A stretch of DNA of 64,000 nt from Anaerolineae bacterium. GTDB taxonomy: Bacteria; Chloroflexota; Anaerolineae; B4-G1; DUEL01. The translations under genes and the position numbers were made by a program. Below are positions 1 through 10,249 of the stretch, piece by piece. Under the pieces are notes generated by a model. That model worked only from the letters and a program-made list of their open reading frames with translations, searched no databases and was not told the origin of the DNA. How positions within the stretch are numbered: position 1 is the stretch's first letter; the number at the start of each line of letters is the position of its first letter. The stretch covers positions 1 to 64,000 of the forward strand of contig JAFGEI010000004.1 in assembly GCA_016931695.1 (NCBI GenBank). The letters are read 5' to 3'.

Positions 1-77
1 AAGCGGCCAGGCCGGCGTTTCCGACGGGGATCTGACGATCCCCTCCGAGCAAGAACTGGTTGTTCATTTCGGCCGCG
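1..77. repeat. Family-1 repeat, copy 1 (77 bp, possibly truncated by the window edge). It differs at 3 of 77 positions from the copy at 8488-8564 and contains a GGGGATC-tgac-GATCCCC mini-hairpin.
   Basis: Direct alignment of 1-77 against 8488-8564 gives 3 mismatches. Both copies sit just 3' of minus-strand genes (greA, mcm) in the same orientation. Confidence 0.8.
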
Positions 78-139
78 ATGCACTAGGCCCCCTCTTGTAT
101 AACGAAGCAGCCTGCCGAAAGTAACGGGAAGCGAACCGA

Positions 140-613
140 TCATTCAATTTTCTCGATGCGGAAAAAAATGTCCCCGGCCGGCGCTTGCACGCGCACCCGC
201 TCCCCCACCTTGCAGCCCAGCAGCTCCCGTCCCAGCGGGGACTCGTAAGAGATGCGCCCCTCGATTGGGTCTGCTTCGGCCGGCCCGACGAGATGGAACG
301 CCTCGGTCTCGCCCAGCCCCTCTTCGACCACCGTGACCCGGCTGCCCAGGCGCACCTCCTCGGTCGTCCCTCCCTCGGCAATGATCACCGCCTGGCGCAA
401 CATGGCCTCGATCTCGAGAATTCGCCCCTCCAAAAAACCTTGCTCTTCCTTGGCGGTGATATAGTCGGCGTTCTCGGAGAGATCGCCCTGCTGGATTGCC
501 CGCCGCAGCCGTTCGGCCAGCGCCGGGCGGCGGACGTTGACGAGTTTATCCAATTCCTCCTGCAATCTTTCGATCCCCTCTGCAGTGAGGTGCACAGCTT
601 TTTGATTCATCAT
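140..613 (-). CDS. greA: Transcription elongation factor GreA
   Basis: The translation MMNQKAVHLTAEGIERLQEELDKL...GRISYESPLGRELLG is full-length and GreA-like. The start ATG at 613 overlaps the dgkA stop (ATGA). The long ORF upstream of 613 is an in-frame extension. Confidence 0.9.
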   Translation of the reverse strand: MMNQKAVHLTAEGIERLQEELDKLVNVRRPALAERLRRAIQQGDLSENADYITAKEEQGFLEGRILEIEAMLRQAVIIAEGGTTEEVRLGSRVTVVEEGLGETEAFHLVGPAEADPIEGRISYESPLGRELLGCKVGERVRVQAPAGDIFFRIEKIE

Positions 614-990
614 TCCCAGACCCCTCCGAACAATCGCTCCCACAGGGGCGGGCCGAGCAGGCACAGCCCTACCACTACCGAGGAGAGGGCAGCCAGCAAA
701 ACCGCTCCCGCCGACACATCCTTGGCCGCCTTGGCCAGCGGATGGAATTCGGGGCTGACCAGATCGATCAGCAATTCGATCACCGTGTTCAGCGACTCGA
801 CGACGAGCACAAAACCCACCGTCAGGGCAATCACCGCCCAATGGCCGGCCGGCAGTCTCAGCCACATCCCCAATCCGCACACGGCGGCGGCGATCAGCAC
901 ATGGATGCGCATGTTGCGCTGGGTGCGCAGGGCATAGCCCAGGCCCGCCAGAGCATAGGCAAAGCTCGACCAGAGGGTGCGGCAGCGCAT
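610..990 (-). CDS. dgkA: Diacylglycerol kinase (DgkA family), integral membrane
   Basis: The C-terminal 127 aa of ORF 610..1161 (MRCRTLWSSFAYALAGLGYALRTQRN...VESLNTVIELLIDL) match the DgkA family. The ORF was trimmed to the internal Met so it abuts the ybeY stop at 995. Confidence 0.8.
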   Translation of the reverse strand: MRCRTLWSSFAYALAGLGYALRTQRNMRIHVLIAAAVCGLGMWLRLPAGHWAVIALTVGFVLVVESLNTVIELLIDLVSPEFHPLAKAAKDVSAGAVLLAALSSVVVGLCLLGPPLWERLFGGVWE

Positions 991-994
991 GGCC

Positions 995-1480
995 TCAATC
1001 CAGCCAGGCGAGCTGCACGCCCAATGCCTCGAGGATGGCCTGCTGGGCGGCCCACATCCGGGCCCGGGCTGGCCCAGGCTGGTCGTCGTGCCCCAGCAGG
1101 TGCAGGACGCCGTGGACGACCAGCAGCTGCAGCTCGGCCAGAACGGAATGGCCCGCTTCACGTGCCTGTTCGGCGGCGCGCGGATAGGAAACGATCACGT
1201 CGCCCAGATAGTGGGGCTGTTCCAGCTCGTTCACAAACGGCCCCTCGTCCCCGCCGGGAAAAGCGAGGACGTCGGTGGGGGTGTCGACGGCGCGATAGCG
1301 TCGATTCAGCTCCTGAAGAGTCTCGTCGTCCGAGATCACGACAGTGACCTCGACCGGTGGCGCGCCCTGGTGCGACAGCGTCTCCAGGGCGGCGCGGTGC
1401 AGCATTGGCGCTTCCACCACGGGCCACTCTCGTTCAACTTGTACCTGGACCCAATACTGTTGGGCGGCCTCAGCGTCCAT
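995..1480 (-). CDS. ybeY: rRNA maturation endoribonuclease YbeY
   Basis: Contains the HGVLHLLGHDD metal-binding motif and is about 160 aa. Position after pgpH and before dgkA matches the B. subtilis yqfF-yqfG-dgkA order. Confidence 0.9.
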   Translation of the reverse strand: MDAEAAQQYWVQVQVEREWPVVEAPMLHRAALETLSHQGAPPVEVTVVISDDETLQELNRRYRAVDTPTDVLAFPGGDEGPFVNELEQPHYLGDVIVSYPRAAEQAREAGHSVLAELQLLVVHGVLHLLGHDDQPGPARARMWAAQQAILEALGVQLAWLD

Positions 1481-1532
1481 TTTTTACTCCCTGACTCGAA
1501 CCAGCGACGATGTCCAATCCCGGTCAGGATTG

Positions 1533-3701
1533 TCATGTCAGAACAGGCGCTTCCTCCTCTGTGGCAGCGATCTCGGGGTAATGAATCCGCGGATGGAACA
1601 CGCCCTTCAAGGTCGAAATGAAGGAATCTTGCACCATGGCCAGGTCCTTCATTGTGATGGGACATTCGTCCAATTGTCCAGAGCGGATGGCTCGGTCGAA
1701 AATCTTTTGCACTGCCTCGGCCAATTCCTCTGGCGAAGCGGGGCGATTGGCGCGGACGATCGCCTCCGAGCCATCTGCCAACATCACCAGGGCGGTCTCG
1801 CGGCTCTGGGGCTTGGGGCCCCGATGGCGGAAGAACGATTCGTCGACCAGCGAGGCGTCCCCTCCGGCCAACTCGACCGCCTTTTCGTACAAAAAACTGG
1901 CGCGGTTGGTGCCATGGTGCTCAGGGATAAAAGCTCGTATCTGGCTGGGCAGCCGGTAACGGCGGGCCAGTTCGAGGCCATCCTGGACGTGCTGGATGAT
2001 GATATCGGCGCTGGTACGTGGATCCAATTGCTGGTGTGGATTGACTCCCTCCATCTGGTTCTCGACGAAAAAGTAGGGGCGGGCGATTTTGCCCACGTCG
2101 TGATAGTATGCCCCAACCCGGGTGAGCAAAGCGTTGGCCCCAATCCGCTCGGCCGCCTGCTCCGCCAGGTTGGCGACCATCAGCGAATGGTGATAGGTTC
2201 CGGGCGATTCGCGCAGCAACCGCTGCAGCAGCGGTTGATCCGGCCGGCTCAGCTCGATGAGGCGAAACGTGGTGATGATGTCAAACAACGGACCGATGAG
2301 AAACAACAGGCCCAAGGCCATGCTGGCCGAGACCAGGCCGTTGACAATCGCGGCCAACAGGCTCAGCGTGACATCGACCAAATCCGTCCGTTCCAGCGGA
2401 AGTTGAAAGCCCAGCAGTACGACCACGTGAACCATGGCGACAAAGAGCGCTGCTCGAAAGAGGGCTCCGGGGTGATCCGCCTTTTGCAGTGACAGCGTGG
2501 CTACAAGCCCGCCCAGGACGGTATAGGAGGCCAACTCGAGCGGCTGGTTGGCGATCAAGCCGACGACGGCACCCATCAGCAGGCTGACCGCCAGGCCGGT
2601 ATGCTGGCCCAGGGTGACAGTCGCCAGCATGGCCAGCGCCGATGCAGGGTACAGATATTGCAATACCGTGCGGTCGGGCACCAGCAAGCGGGCCAGGAAG
2701 AAAAAGAGCGCCAGGAGCAGTCCCAACAACAACAGCTTGCGCCCTTCCCAGAGCACGTCAGGCTGGAAGCGGGCCAGGAAGAGGCCCAGGAGGACGACGG
2801 CGGCCAGGGCCAGCAGCCCCTGCCCGGCAACGTCGACCCAACTGGTGCGGGACTGTTGGAGGCCCAGTTCGCGCAGTGCTTCCAGGTCGAGCGCATCGAC
2901 CCGTTTGCCCTCGCGGACGACGATTTCGCCGGCCTCATAGTTGCGGAGAACCGGCGGGACCTGTTCGCGGGCCTGGTCGCGCGCGGCCTGGGTTGCCGCA
3001 GCATCGTAGAACGAGTTGGCGACAATGAGACGCCGCGCCAGGGCGGCCGTCACGTCTGCTTCCTCCGGGGAGAGGTCCAGCCCGACCAGCAAGGGCACTG
3101 CCTGCCACGCCTCGTCGACGAATCCGTCCACCACCCCCCGCCGCATCATCTCGTCGACAACGCTCAGGGTCTCGAGCTGCACCCGTCCCCACGATTCGTC
3201 GGACAGCGCCAACAGCCCGTCAGCGATCTCGATCGGCAGGTCTGCCAGTTCGGGGACCGCCAGCAGCCAGGCGCGTCGTTGGGTCGGCGTGGCGACGGTG
3301 TCCGCATGGACCGAGCCCAGGTAATCGAGCACCTGCTGGGTGCGGTCCAACTGTTCGCGAGCCAGCGCCGCGTCCGGCGGGGTATAGACCGGCTCAACCG
3401 CCTGTTCCGCCAGCCGCTGCTGTTCCATGGTGCGGATCTCGCTGTCAAACGTGATGCGCCGGGGGGCCCGGATGTCCCGCGGCGCGACGTCGCCCTCCTC
3501 CAACACCAGGCGACCAGAAGGGAAAAGGGGAAAGGCAAGCAAAAACGTGGCAAGGGCGACAAGGACCACGGCCATCAATACCAACCGGGTCCACACCCAC
3601 CAACTTTTTCGCTGCAAAGCGCCCATTCTTGATTGGTTCAGAGCAAAACATGGGGCGACCCGTTGGGTCGCCCCGCTACTGGATTCAACGACTCGGGTCA
3701 A
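1533..3701 (-). CDS. pgpH: 7TM-HD membrane phosphohydrolase (PgpH/YqfF-like, putative c-di-AMP phosphodiesterase)
   Basis: Large extracellular N-terminal region, 7 predicted TM helices, and a C-terminal HD domain (YYHDVGKIARPYFF, EHHGTN). Synteny with ybeY. The start is uncertain; 3626 is an alternative ATG. Confidence 0.85.
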   Translation of the reverse strand: MTRVVESSSGATQRVAPCFALNQSRMGALQRKSWWVWTRLVLMAVVLVALATFLLAFPLFPSGRLVLEEGDVAPRDIRAPRRITFDSEIRTMEQQRLAEQAVEPVYTPPDAALAREQLDRTQQVLDYLGSVHADTVATPTQRRAWLLAVPELADLPIEIADGLLALSDESWGRVQLETLSVVDEMMRRGVVDGFVDEAWQAVPLLVGLDLSPEEADVTAALARRLIVANSFYDAAATQAARDQAREQVPPVLRNYEAGEIVVREGKRVDALDLEALRELGLQQSRTSWVDVAGQGLLALAAVVLLGLFLARFQPDVLWEGRKLLLLGLLLALFFFLARLLVPDRTVLQYLYPASALAMLATVTLGQHTGLAVSLLMGAVVGLIANQPLELASYTVLGGLVATLSLQKADHPGALFRAALFVAMVHVVVLLGFQLPLERTDLVDVTLSLLAAIVNGLVSASMALGLLFLIGPLFDIITTFRLIELSRPDQPLLQRLLRESPGTYHHSLMVANLAEQAAERIGANALLTRVGAYYHDVGKIARPYFFVENQMEGVNPHQQLDPRTSADIIIQHVQDGLELARRYRLPSQIRAFIPEHHGTNRASFLYEKAVELAGGDASLVDESFFRHRGPKPQSRETALVMLADGSEAIVRANRPASPEELAEAVQKIFDRAIRSGQLDECPITMKDLAMVQDSFISTLKGVFHPRIHYPEIAATEEEAPVLT

Positions 3702-3736
3702 TCGTTGCCAACACGCTACCCTTGTCGAGGGGAGGC

Positions 3737-4183
3737 CTAGGAGATCAAGAGTTCTCGCACCACCTGGTTGACCAGCCGGCCGTCGGCCTGTCCCTTCATT
3801 TGAGGCATCAGTTGTTGCATCACCGCTCCCAAGTCGCCCGGCCCCGTGGCTCCTACCTCGGCAATGACCCGGCGGGCTTGCACGGCGATTTCTTCAGGTG
3901 TCAGCATCTGGGGGAGATATGTTTCCAGGAAAGCCAACTCCTGTTCTTCTTCGGCCAGTCGCTCCGGCCGGCTCGCCTCTTGCAGCTCCTCGATCGTCTC
4001 GCGGCGCTTCTTGGCCTCGCGTTGCAGCAGGGCCGCGAGAGCAGGCTCGTCCAGTTCGCCTCCTTGTTCCACCTCGGCCAATTGGATCGCCGCCAGGCAC
4101 ATGCGGATGACCGACTTGCGAAGCTCGTCCCGCTCGCGCAGGGCTTGTTTCAGATCCTCTTGCAGCTGCTCTTTCAGGCCCAC
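3737..4183 (-). CDS. yqeY: GatB/YqeY domain protein
   Basis: 148-aa protein with a typical YqeY sequence (LKQALRERDELRKSVIRMCLAAIQ...). GTG start with AGGAG 6 nt upstream, 9 nt after the rpsU stop. Confidence 0.85.
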   Translation of the reverse strand: MGLKEQLQEDLKQALRERDELRKSVIRMCLAAIQLAEVEQGGELDEPALAALLQREAKKRRETIEELQEASRPERLAEEEQELAFLETYLPQMLTPEEIAVQARRVIAEVGATGPGDLGAVMQQLMPQMKGQADGRLVNQVVRELLIS

Positions 4184-4192
4184 TTTTTTCTC

Positions 4193-4405
4193 CTACCGCC
4201 CATCTTGCCGGCGTTGAACCTTGTTCGTCGTCCGGCGGCTTTTGCGCAGCTTGGCCGCTCGCTTGCGCTTGCGGAGAATACTCGGCGGCTCGTAGAACCG
4301 CCGGCGCCGAACCTCGGAGAGAATCCGGTCATTCTGCACCCTCTTTTTGAAACGGCGCAACAAAGAGTCCAGGGACTCGCCATCTTCTGCAACCACGCGT
4401 GTCAC
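4193..4405 (-). CDS. rpsU: 30S ribosomal protein S21
   Basis: Sequence VTRVVAEDGESLDSLLRRFKKRVQ...FYEPPSILRKRKRAAKLRK matches S21. The GTG at 4405 is chosen because a GGGGAGGGGG SD lies upstream. The ORF track starts 4 codons earlier at 4417. Confidence 0.8.
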   Translation of the reverse strand: MTRVVAEDGESLDSLLRRFKKRVQNDRILSEVRRRRFYEPPSILRKRKRAAKLRKSRRTTNKVQRRQDGR

Positions 4406-4540
4406 TTTACGTCTCACCCCCTCCCCATGTGTACTTGGTAGCTCGCAACTGCTCAGCCAATCGCCCCTGGAGCATCGGCGACAACGGTGGGAGAACGTCC
4501 AGGGGCGAAATGCGGCCTTGTCAACGTAGCTACGGCGTCC

Positions 4541-4568
4541 ATTATAACCCAGGAAAAGGCTTTGTCAA
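4541..4568 (-). promoter_or_regulatory. Putative sigma70-type promoter of rpsU-yqeY (minus-strand TTGACA-16-TATAAT)
   Basis: Reverse complement reads cTTGACAaagccttttcctgggtTATAATgg. It lies upstream of the rpsU start. Confidence 0.45.
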
Positions 4569-4585
4569 GAGTACCGAATCACCCG

Positions 4586-5242
4586 TCAAGAACTGCTCTC
4601 CGGTTCCCAGATGTGGCGAATCTGTATGTCGTTGGACTCGAGCGAGGCGACCAGTTCCTCCCGATCCACTCCTTCGACCCGAAAGGCGAGGATACGATCC
4701 TGGGGCCCCTCGCCCCAGAAGGTGCCCAAAGAGTGGATGTTGCCGCCAACCTGGGCAATGCAATTGGCCAGTTGTGCCAGGCTGCCCACCCGCTCGGGGA
4801 TCGTCACCGTGACCCGCAGGCTGGGATGCCCGCCGCCCAATCCCTCGACAAAGACGCGAAAGATGTCGGTGTCGCTGATGATCCCCACCAGCCGATTGTC
4901 CTGGACAACGGGCAGGCAGCCGATCCGATGATCGACCATGATCCGCGCCGCTTCCTCGATCGGCACCTCGGGCGAGACCACGACGGTCTCTTGTTGCATA
5001 ATCTGGCTGACCATTGTCCGTGAGAGCAAGTAGTCGATCTCAAAGACGCTGAGGGAAAGATCCGGGCTTGGAGAAGCATAGACCAGGCTCTTTTCGGTGA
5101 CGATGCCGACCGGCCTGTTGTCCTCGTCGACGACAGGCAAGTGTCGAAACGGCTGGCTGCGGATAAGGGCCAGCGCATCCTTGAGGCTGGTCTCGGGCGT
5201 AATCGTTACTGGATTGGCTGTCATACGATCTTTTACTAACAT
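4586..5242 (-). CDS. CBS-pair plus ACT domain protein (AcuB-like)
   Basis: Two CBS motifs (HLPVVDEDNRPVGIVTEKSL; GCLPVVQDNRLVGIISDTDI) followed by an ACT-like C-terminus. GGGAGGT SD lies 5 nt before the ATG at 5242. Confidence 0.8.
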   Translation of the reverse strand: MLVKDRMTANPVTITPETSLKDALALIRSQPFRHLPVVDEDNRPVGIVTEKSLVYASPSPDLSLSVFEIDYLLSRTMVSQIMQQETVVVSPEVPIEEAARIMVDHRIGCLPVVQDNRLVGIISDTDIFRVFVEGLGGGHPSLRVTVTIPERVGSLAQLANCIAQVGGNIHSLGTFWGEGPQDRILAFRVEGVDREELVASLESNDIQIRHIWEPESSS

Positions 5243-5255
5243 TTCTTACCTCCCT

Positions 5256-5413
5256 TTGTAGCACGACAATGTAACTGCTCAGCCCGACCCGCGACGCACC
5301 TTCCCGAAAGCTTTACTGGCGCTCACTTCACACAGAGCACACGGTAGCGCAGGTTTCGATGAGCCGGGCAGGCGATTTTCAGCTTTTGGGAAGGCCGCCT
5401 GAGCGGCCCGAAC
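5256..5413. repeat. Family-2 palindromic intergenic element, copy A
   Basis: Left arm aactgctcagcccgacccgcgacgcaccttcccgaaagcttt and right arm cagcttttgggaaggccgcctgagcggcc form an imperfect inverted repeat of about 150 bp. The unit recurs at 12999-13071, 13258-13321 and 19357-19494. Confidence 0.65.
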
Positions 5414-5418
5414 GATAG

Positions 5419-5757
5419 CTAACCTGGCGGCCAGCCGAAGGAGCGCCCCCCCATCAGGTGCATGTGCAGGTGATAGATGGATTGTCCGGCCTGGAGGCCG
5501 GTATTGACGACCAGGCGATAGCCTTCAAGTTCCAATTCCTCGGCCAGGTGACGGGCCACCGTAAAGAGCCGGCCCAACGCCGGCTCGTCCACCGGCGTGA
5601 CCTGGTCTACCCCATCCAGGTGATGGTTGGGAACGATGAGAATGTGAACCGGGGCGCGGGGATGCAGGTCCTGGAACGCCGTAACCCGCTGGTCCTGGTA
5701 GACGATCTGTGCCGGTGCCTGGCCCTGGACGATGCGGCAAAAGATACAGTCTTTCAT
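5419..5757 (-). CDS. HIT (histidine triad) family hydrolase
   Basis: 112-aa protein with the HLHMHLMGG histidine-triad motif. It overlaps the mtaB stop by 4 nt. Confidence 0.9.
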   Translation of the reverse strand: MKDCIFCRIVQGQAPAQIVYQDQRVTAFQDLHPRAPVHILIVPNHHLDGVDQVTPVDEPALGRLFTVARHLAEELELEGYRLVVNTGLQAGQSIYHLHMHLMGGRSFGWPPG

Positions 5758-7025
5758 GCGCTGATTTCTCCGATCAACACGTTATTGGCGGTGCCCACCA
5801 TCCGTGTCCGGGTAATGCGATTGTGCAGGTCTGCCTGCAAGGCGACCGTTACCGGCAAATAGTTGTCGGTCCAGCCGCGCCAGCGTCCATTCTGGCCGCG
5901 CTCCCACAACACGTCTATTTCCTGGCCGACGTGCTGTTGGCGAAAGCGCGCCGCCAGCCGTTCCCCCAACTCGCGCATGCGGCGGGCCCGTTCCTGCCGC
6001 ATGGGGACGGGAACCTGGTCGTCCATCTGCGCAGCACGCGTCCCCGGCCGGGCCGAAAAGGGAAAAACGTGCAGGCGGGCAAAGCCTATTTGCGCTACAA
6101 AGGCCTGGCTTGCGGCAAAGTCCGCCTCGTCCTCGCCGGGAAAGCCAACTATGAGATCGGTAGTCAGCGCCAGGCCGGGAATGGCGGCACGGGCGGCCGC
6201 CGCCAACTGTGCGTACTGCCCGGTATCGTTGCGCCGTCCCATCCGCCGCAGCGTGGCGTCACAGCCAGACTGCAGGGGCAGGTGAAGCTGGCGGCAGAGG
6301 CGCGGGTCGGACCATAGTTCCAGGTCCCGCTCTGCCAGGTCCCACGGTTCCAGGGAAGAGAGGCGCAGGCGGGGCAGGCGCGTCTGCGCCAGGATCGCCT
6401 CCACCAGGCCGGCCAGCCCCCGCTCTATTCCCCGCTCGCGGCCATAGGCGCCCAGATTGACCCCGGTGAGCACGACTTCCCGGTATCCTTCTGCTACGCG
6501 CTGCCGGACCTCGGCCACGACCTCGGCCGACGAGCGGCTGCGGGATGGCCCGCGCAGCAGCGGGACGATGCAGTAGGCGCAGCGGTTGTCGCACCCATCC
6601 TGGACCTTGACGAAAGCGCGGGTGTGCAGAAAAGCGCCGAGGTCTTGTCCGCCTGCTGGCAGGGGGAACGTGGTATCGGGAGAGAGATCATACAGCAGGA
6701 TGTCGACCACCCGCTCTTTTTCGTCGTTGGGAATGACCCATTTGACGCCGGGGAGCTGGCCCAGTTTCCCGGCGTGCAGCGTCGCCGCGCAGCCGACAAC
6801 CGCAATCCGTAGCACGGGATTCGCCCGCCGCAGCGAGCGCAGCAGCCGGCGCCCTTTTTTCTCGGCGCTGGCAGTCACCGCGCAGGTGTTGACGACGCAC
6901 AGGTCTGCCTGGGCCGGATCGCCGACCAGGATCTGCCCTGCCGCCGCCAGGTGGCGGGCGAACGACTCGGTCTCACTCCGGTTCAGGCGACAGCCCAGGC
7001 TGTGGAGATAGACGCGCTGGCTCAT
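5754..7025 (-). CDS. mtaB: Radical-SAM methylthiotransferase, MtaB/YqeV-like (MiaB family)
   Basis: N-terminal MTTase Cys triad (LGCRLN...C..C), radical SAM CAYCIVP motif, and a TRAM-like C-terminus. Position near rpsU matches B. subtilis yqeV. Confidence 0.85.
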   Translation of the reverse strand: MSQRVYLHSLGCRLNRSETESFARHLAAAGQILVGDPAQADLCVVNTCAVTASAEKKGRRLLRSLRRANPVLRIAVVGCAATLHAGKLGQLPGVKWVIPNDEKERVVDILLYDLSPDTTFPLPAGGQDLGAFLHTRAFVKVQDGCDNRCAYCIVPLLRGPSRSRSSAEVVAEVRQRVAEGYREVVLTGVNLGAYGRERGIERGLAGLVEAILAQTRLPRLRLSSLEPWDLAERDLELWSDPRLCRQLHLPLQSGCDATLRRMGRRNDTGQYAQLAAAARAAIPGLALTTDLIVGFPGEDEADFAASQAFVAQIGFARLHVFPFSARPGTRAAQMDDQVPVPMRQERARRMRELGERLAARFRQQHVGQEIDVLWERGQNGRWRGWTDNYLPVTVALQADLHNRITRTRMVGTANNVLIGEISA

Positions 7026-7040
7026 GCGGTTTACAGTCGA

Positions 7041-7640
7041 TTACGGCGGGGTGACGTGTAGGTTGTCAAAGTGAATTTCAACCCCGCCCTGATAAAACGT
7101 GCCGGCATAGAGGCCGACATTGCCGTGGGAGAACTGTCGATCCTCCACGCGGGCCAACTCTTGCCCGTTGACGACCAGGATCAACGCGCTGCCCTGGGCA
7201 GTCACTTCGATCACGTTGGTCGCCTGTCCCTGGCGAATCGCTTCTGTTGGCGTCCAGTTCCCTCCCAGCAGCTCGGGCGTTCCATCGACAAACTTGCTGA
7301 CCAGGAAATAACCATCCCCGCTGATGGAAAAGCGGTAAAAATTGTCGCTGTCCTCCATTCGCAGCAGCACGCCGTACTCGTTATCGTCGGGCCCGGCGAC
7401 CTGGGTGGCCTCCACGGTGAGGTGAAAATCTCTCAGGTCCTGGCTGGCTGTCGCCCACGCCAGTTGGTTCGGCACGATGACATAGACGCGCAGCACGCCG
7501 TCCTGCACTCCGACCTGGGCCGTGGCGTCGGATTCCACCTGCCAGGCTCCCGGCGAGGCGAAATCCTCGTTCCAAGACACGTCCCCGCCCACACAGGCGG
7601 CCAGCAACAGCGCCAGGAGCAACAGCCAGCCTTTTTTCAT
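7041..7640 (-). CDS. Secreted lipoprotein, unknown function (beta-rich domain), paralog of the downstream-adjacent gene 7637..8284
   Basis: Signal peptide plus lipobox (LLLAACVGG). Shares the motif pattern GYFLVSKFVDG...NVGLYAG...HFDNLHV with 7637..8284. Confidence 0.65.
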   Translation of the reverse strand: MKKGWLLLLALLLAACVGGDVSWNEDFASPGAWQVESDATAQVGVQDGVLRVYVIVPNQLAWATASQDLRDFHLTVEATQVAGPDDNEYGVLLRMEDSDNFYRFSISGDGYFLVSKFVDGTPELLGGNWTPTEAIRQGQATNVIEVTAQGSALILVVNGQELARVEDRQFSHGNVGLYAGTFYQGGVEIHFDNLHVTPP

Positions 7641-8284
7641 TCCTGCTCCTCGGGAGCGACGACCCGCAGATCGTCAAAGTGAACGCGGATCGCCCCCCCT
7701 GTTCCGGTTCCCACTCCCAGGCCGACGTCGCCGCGCCGGAGACTGCCGTCGATCACGCTGGCCACCTGCTGCCCGTCGACGTAGAGGGTGAGCCGATCGC
7801 CCTGGCATACCGCGCGGATTACGTACCGGTCCCCGGTGGGACGAACGCCACTGGACTGTAAAAGCCCCTCTCCAGTCAGCGCCTGCGCCTCGCCATCCTG
7901 CACGCGGAGGATGCCATAATACCCCGCGTCGGCCACCGCAAAGTAGTAAAAGCTGTCCGGCGACTGGTAGCGGCAGATCAGGCCAAAGTGCCCGTTTGCC
8001 GCGCCGGACACCGGCCGGGCCTCGACGTCGATCACCACGTCGGTCAAGCGGTGGTGCGAGCGCGACCAGACAAACCACTGCGGCTCGTACACCTCGATAA
8101 AGTATTCCCCTTCCTGGTACCCCTGGTCAAACATCTCCTGGCTTTCGACCGCCCAACCGCTGTCGGGATTGCCGAACCGATCCTCAAGCAGCGGCTCCTC
8201 ATCTTCCCGGCAGCCTGCGAGCACGAGAAGGGCCACCGCCAGCACGACGGGCAGGACGTGTACGAACCGGTTTTTTGCGCTCAT
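7637..8284 (-). CDS. Secreted lipoprotein, unknown function, tandem paralog of 7041..7640
   Basis: Lipobox VLAGCRED. Shares the motif pattern GYYGILRVQDG...DVGLGVG...HFDDLRV. Four-nt overlap with the downstream paralog. AGGAGGGG SD before the ATG at 8284. Confidence 0.65.
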   Translation of the reverse strand: MSAKNRFVHVLPVVLAVALLVLAGCREDEEPLLEDRFGNPDSGWAVESQEMFDQGYQEGEYFIEVYEPQWFVWSRSHHRLTDVVIDVEARPVSGAANGHFGLICRYQSPDSFYYFAVADAGYYGILRVQDGEAQALTGEGLLQSSGVRPTGDRYVIRAVCQGDRLTLYVDGQQVASVIDGSLRRGDVGLGVGTGTGGAIRVHFDDLRVVAPEEQE

Positions 8285-8314
8285 TCATTCCCCTCCTGGA
8301 TGGCAGTCAGGTCG

Positions 8315-8343
8315 ATTATATCACGTCGTAGAGGCTCGGCCAA
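8315..8343 (-). promoter_or_regulatory. Putative promoter of the lipoprotein pair (minus-strand TTGGCC-17-TATAAT)
   Basis: Reverse complement of 8315-8343 reads TTGGCCgagcctctacgacgtgaTATAAT. It lies about 30 nt upstream of the ATG at 8284. Confidence 0.45.
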
Positions 8344-8402
8344 TTTCTCCTCTTTGCTAGTACACGCAGGCGAAAATACCCCGCCGGTTCTATGCCTGCC
8401 CT

Positions 8403-8456
8403 GGATCCCCGCGCCTGTCCCCGCTTCCGCGGGGATCCGCGGGGACAGGCGCGGGG
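8403..8456. other. GC-rich nested palindrome capable of two mutually exclusive hairpins
   Basis: Arms ccccgcgcctgtccccg (8407-8423) and cggggacaggcgcgggg (8440-8456) are perfect 17-nt complements. Alternatively ggatccccgcg (8403-8413) pairs with cgcggggatcc (8428-8438). Located between the mcm 3' end and the lipoprotein promoter. Confidence 0.6.
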
Positions 8457-8487
8457 ACTTGCGGGAATCCTGGCCCCAGGCCTCGGT

Positions 8488-8564
8488 AAGCGGCCAGGTC
8501 GGCGTTTCCGACGGGGATCTGACGATCCCCTCCGGGCAAGAACTGGCTGTTCATTTCGGCCGCG
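8488..8564. repeat. Family-1 repeat, copy 2, ending at the mcm stop codon
   Basis: 74 of 77 positions identical to window positions 1-77. Sequence diverges exactly at the mcm stop (8565-8567). Confidence 0.8.
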
Positions 8565-10226
<1,662 letters not shown>

Positions 10227-10249
10227 GGCTCTGCTCCTTCCCGCGCGAG

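Noticed and set aside
64-381. ORF 64..381(-) and the minus-strand ATG-initiated frame inside the family-1 repeat (MNNQFLLGGDRQIPVGNA...)
   Set aside because: No shared ribosome-binding site between the two repeat copies. The frame in copy 2 (part of 8390..8659) runs into the mutase stop region. More parsimonious as a non-coding repeat.
8403-8456. Possible CRISPR repeat because of the strong GC palindrome
   Set aside because: Single occurrence with no spacer-repeat periodicity and no cas genes in the window.
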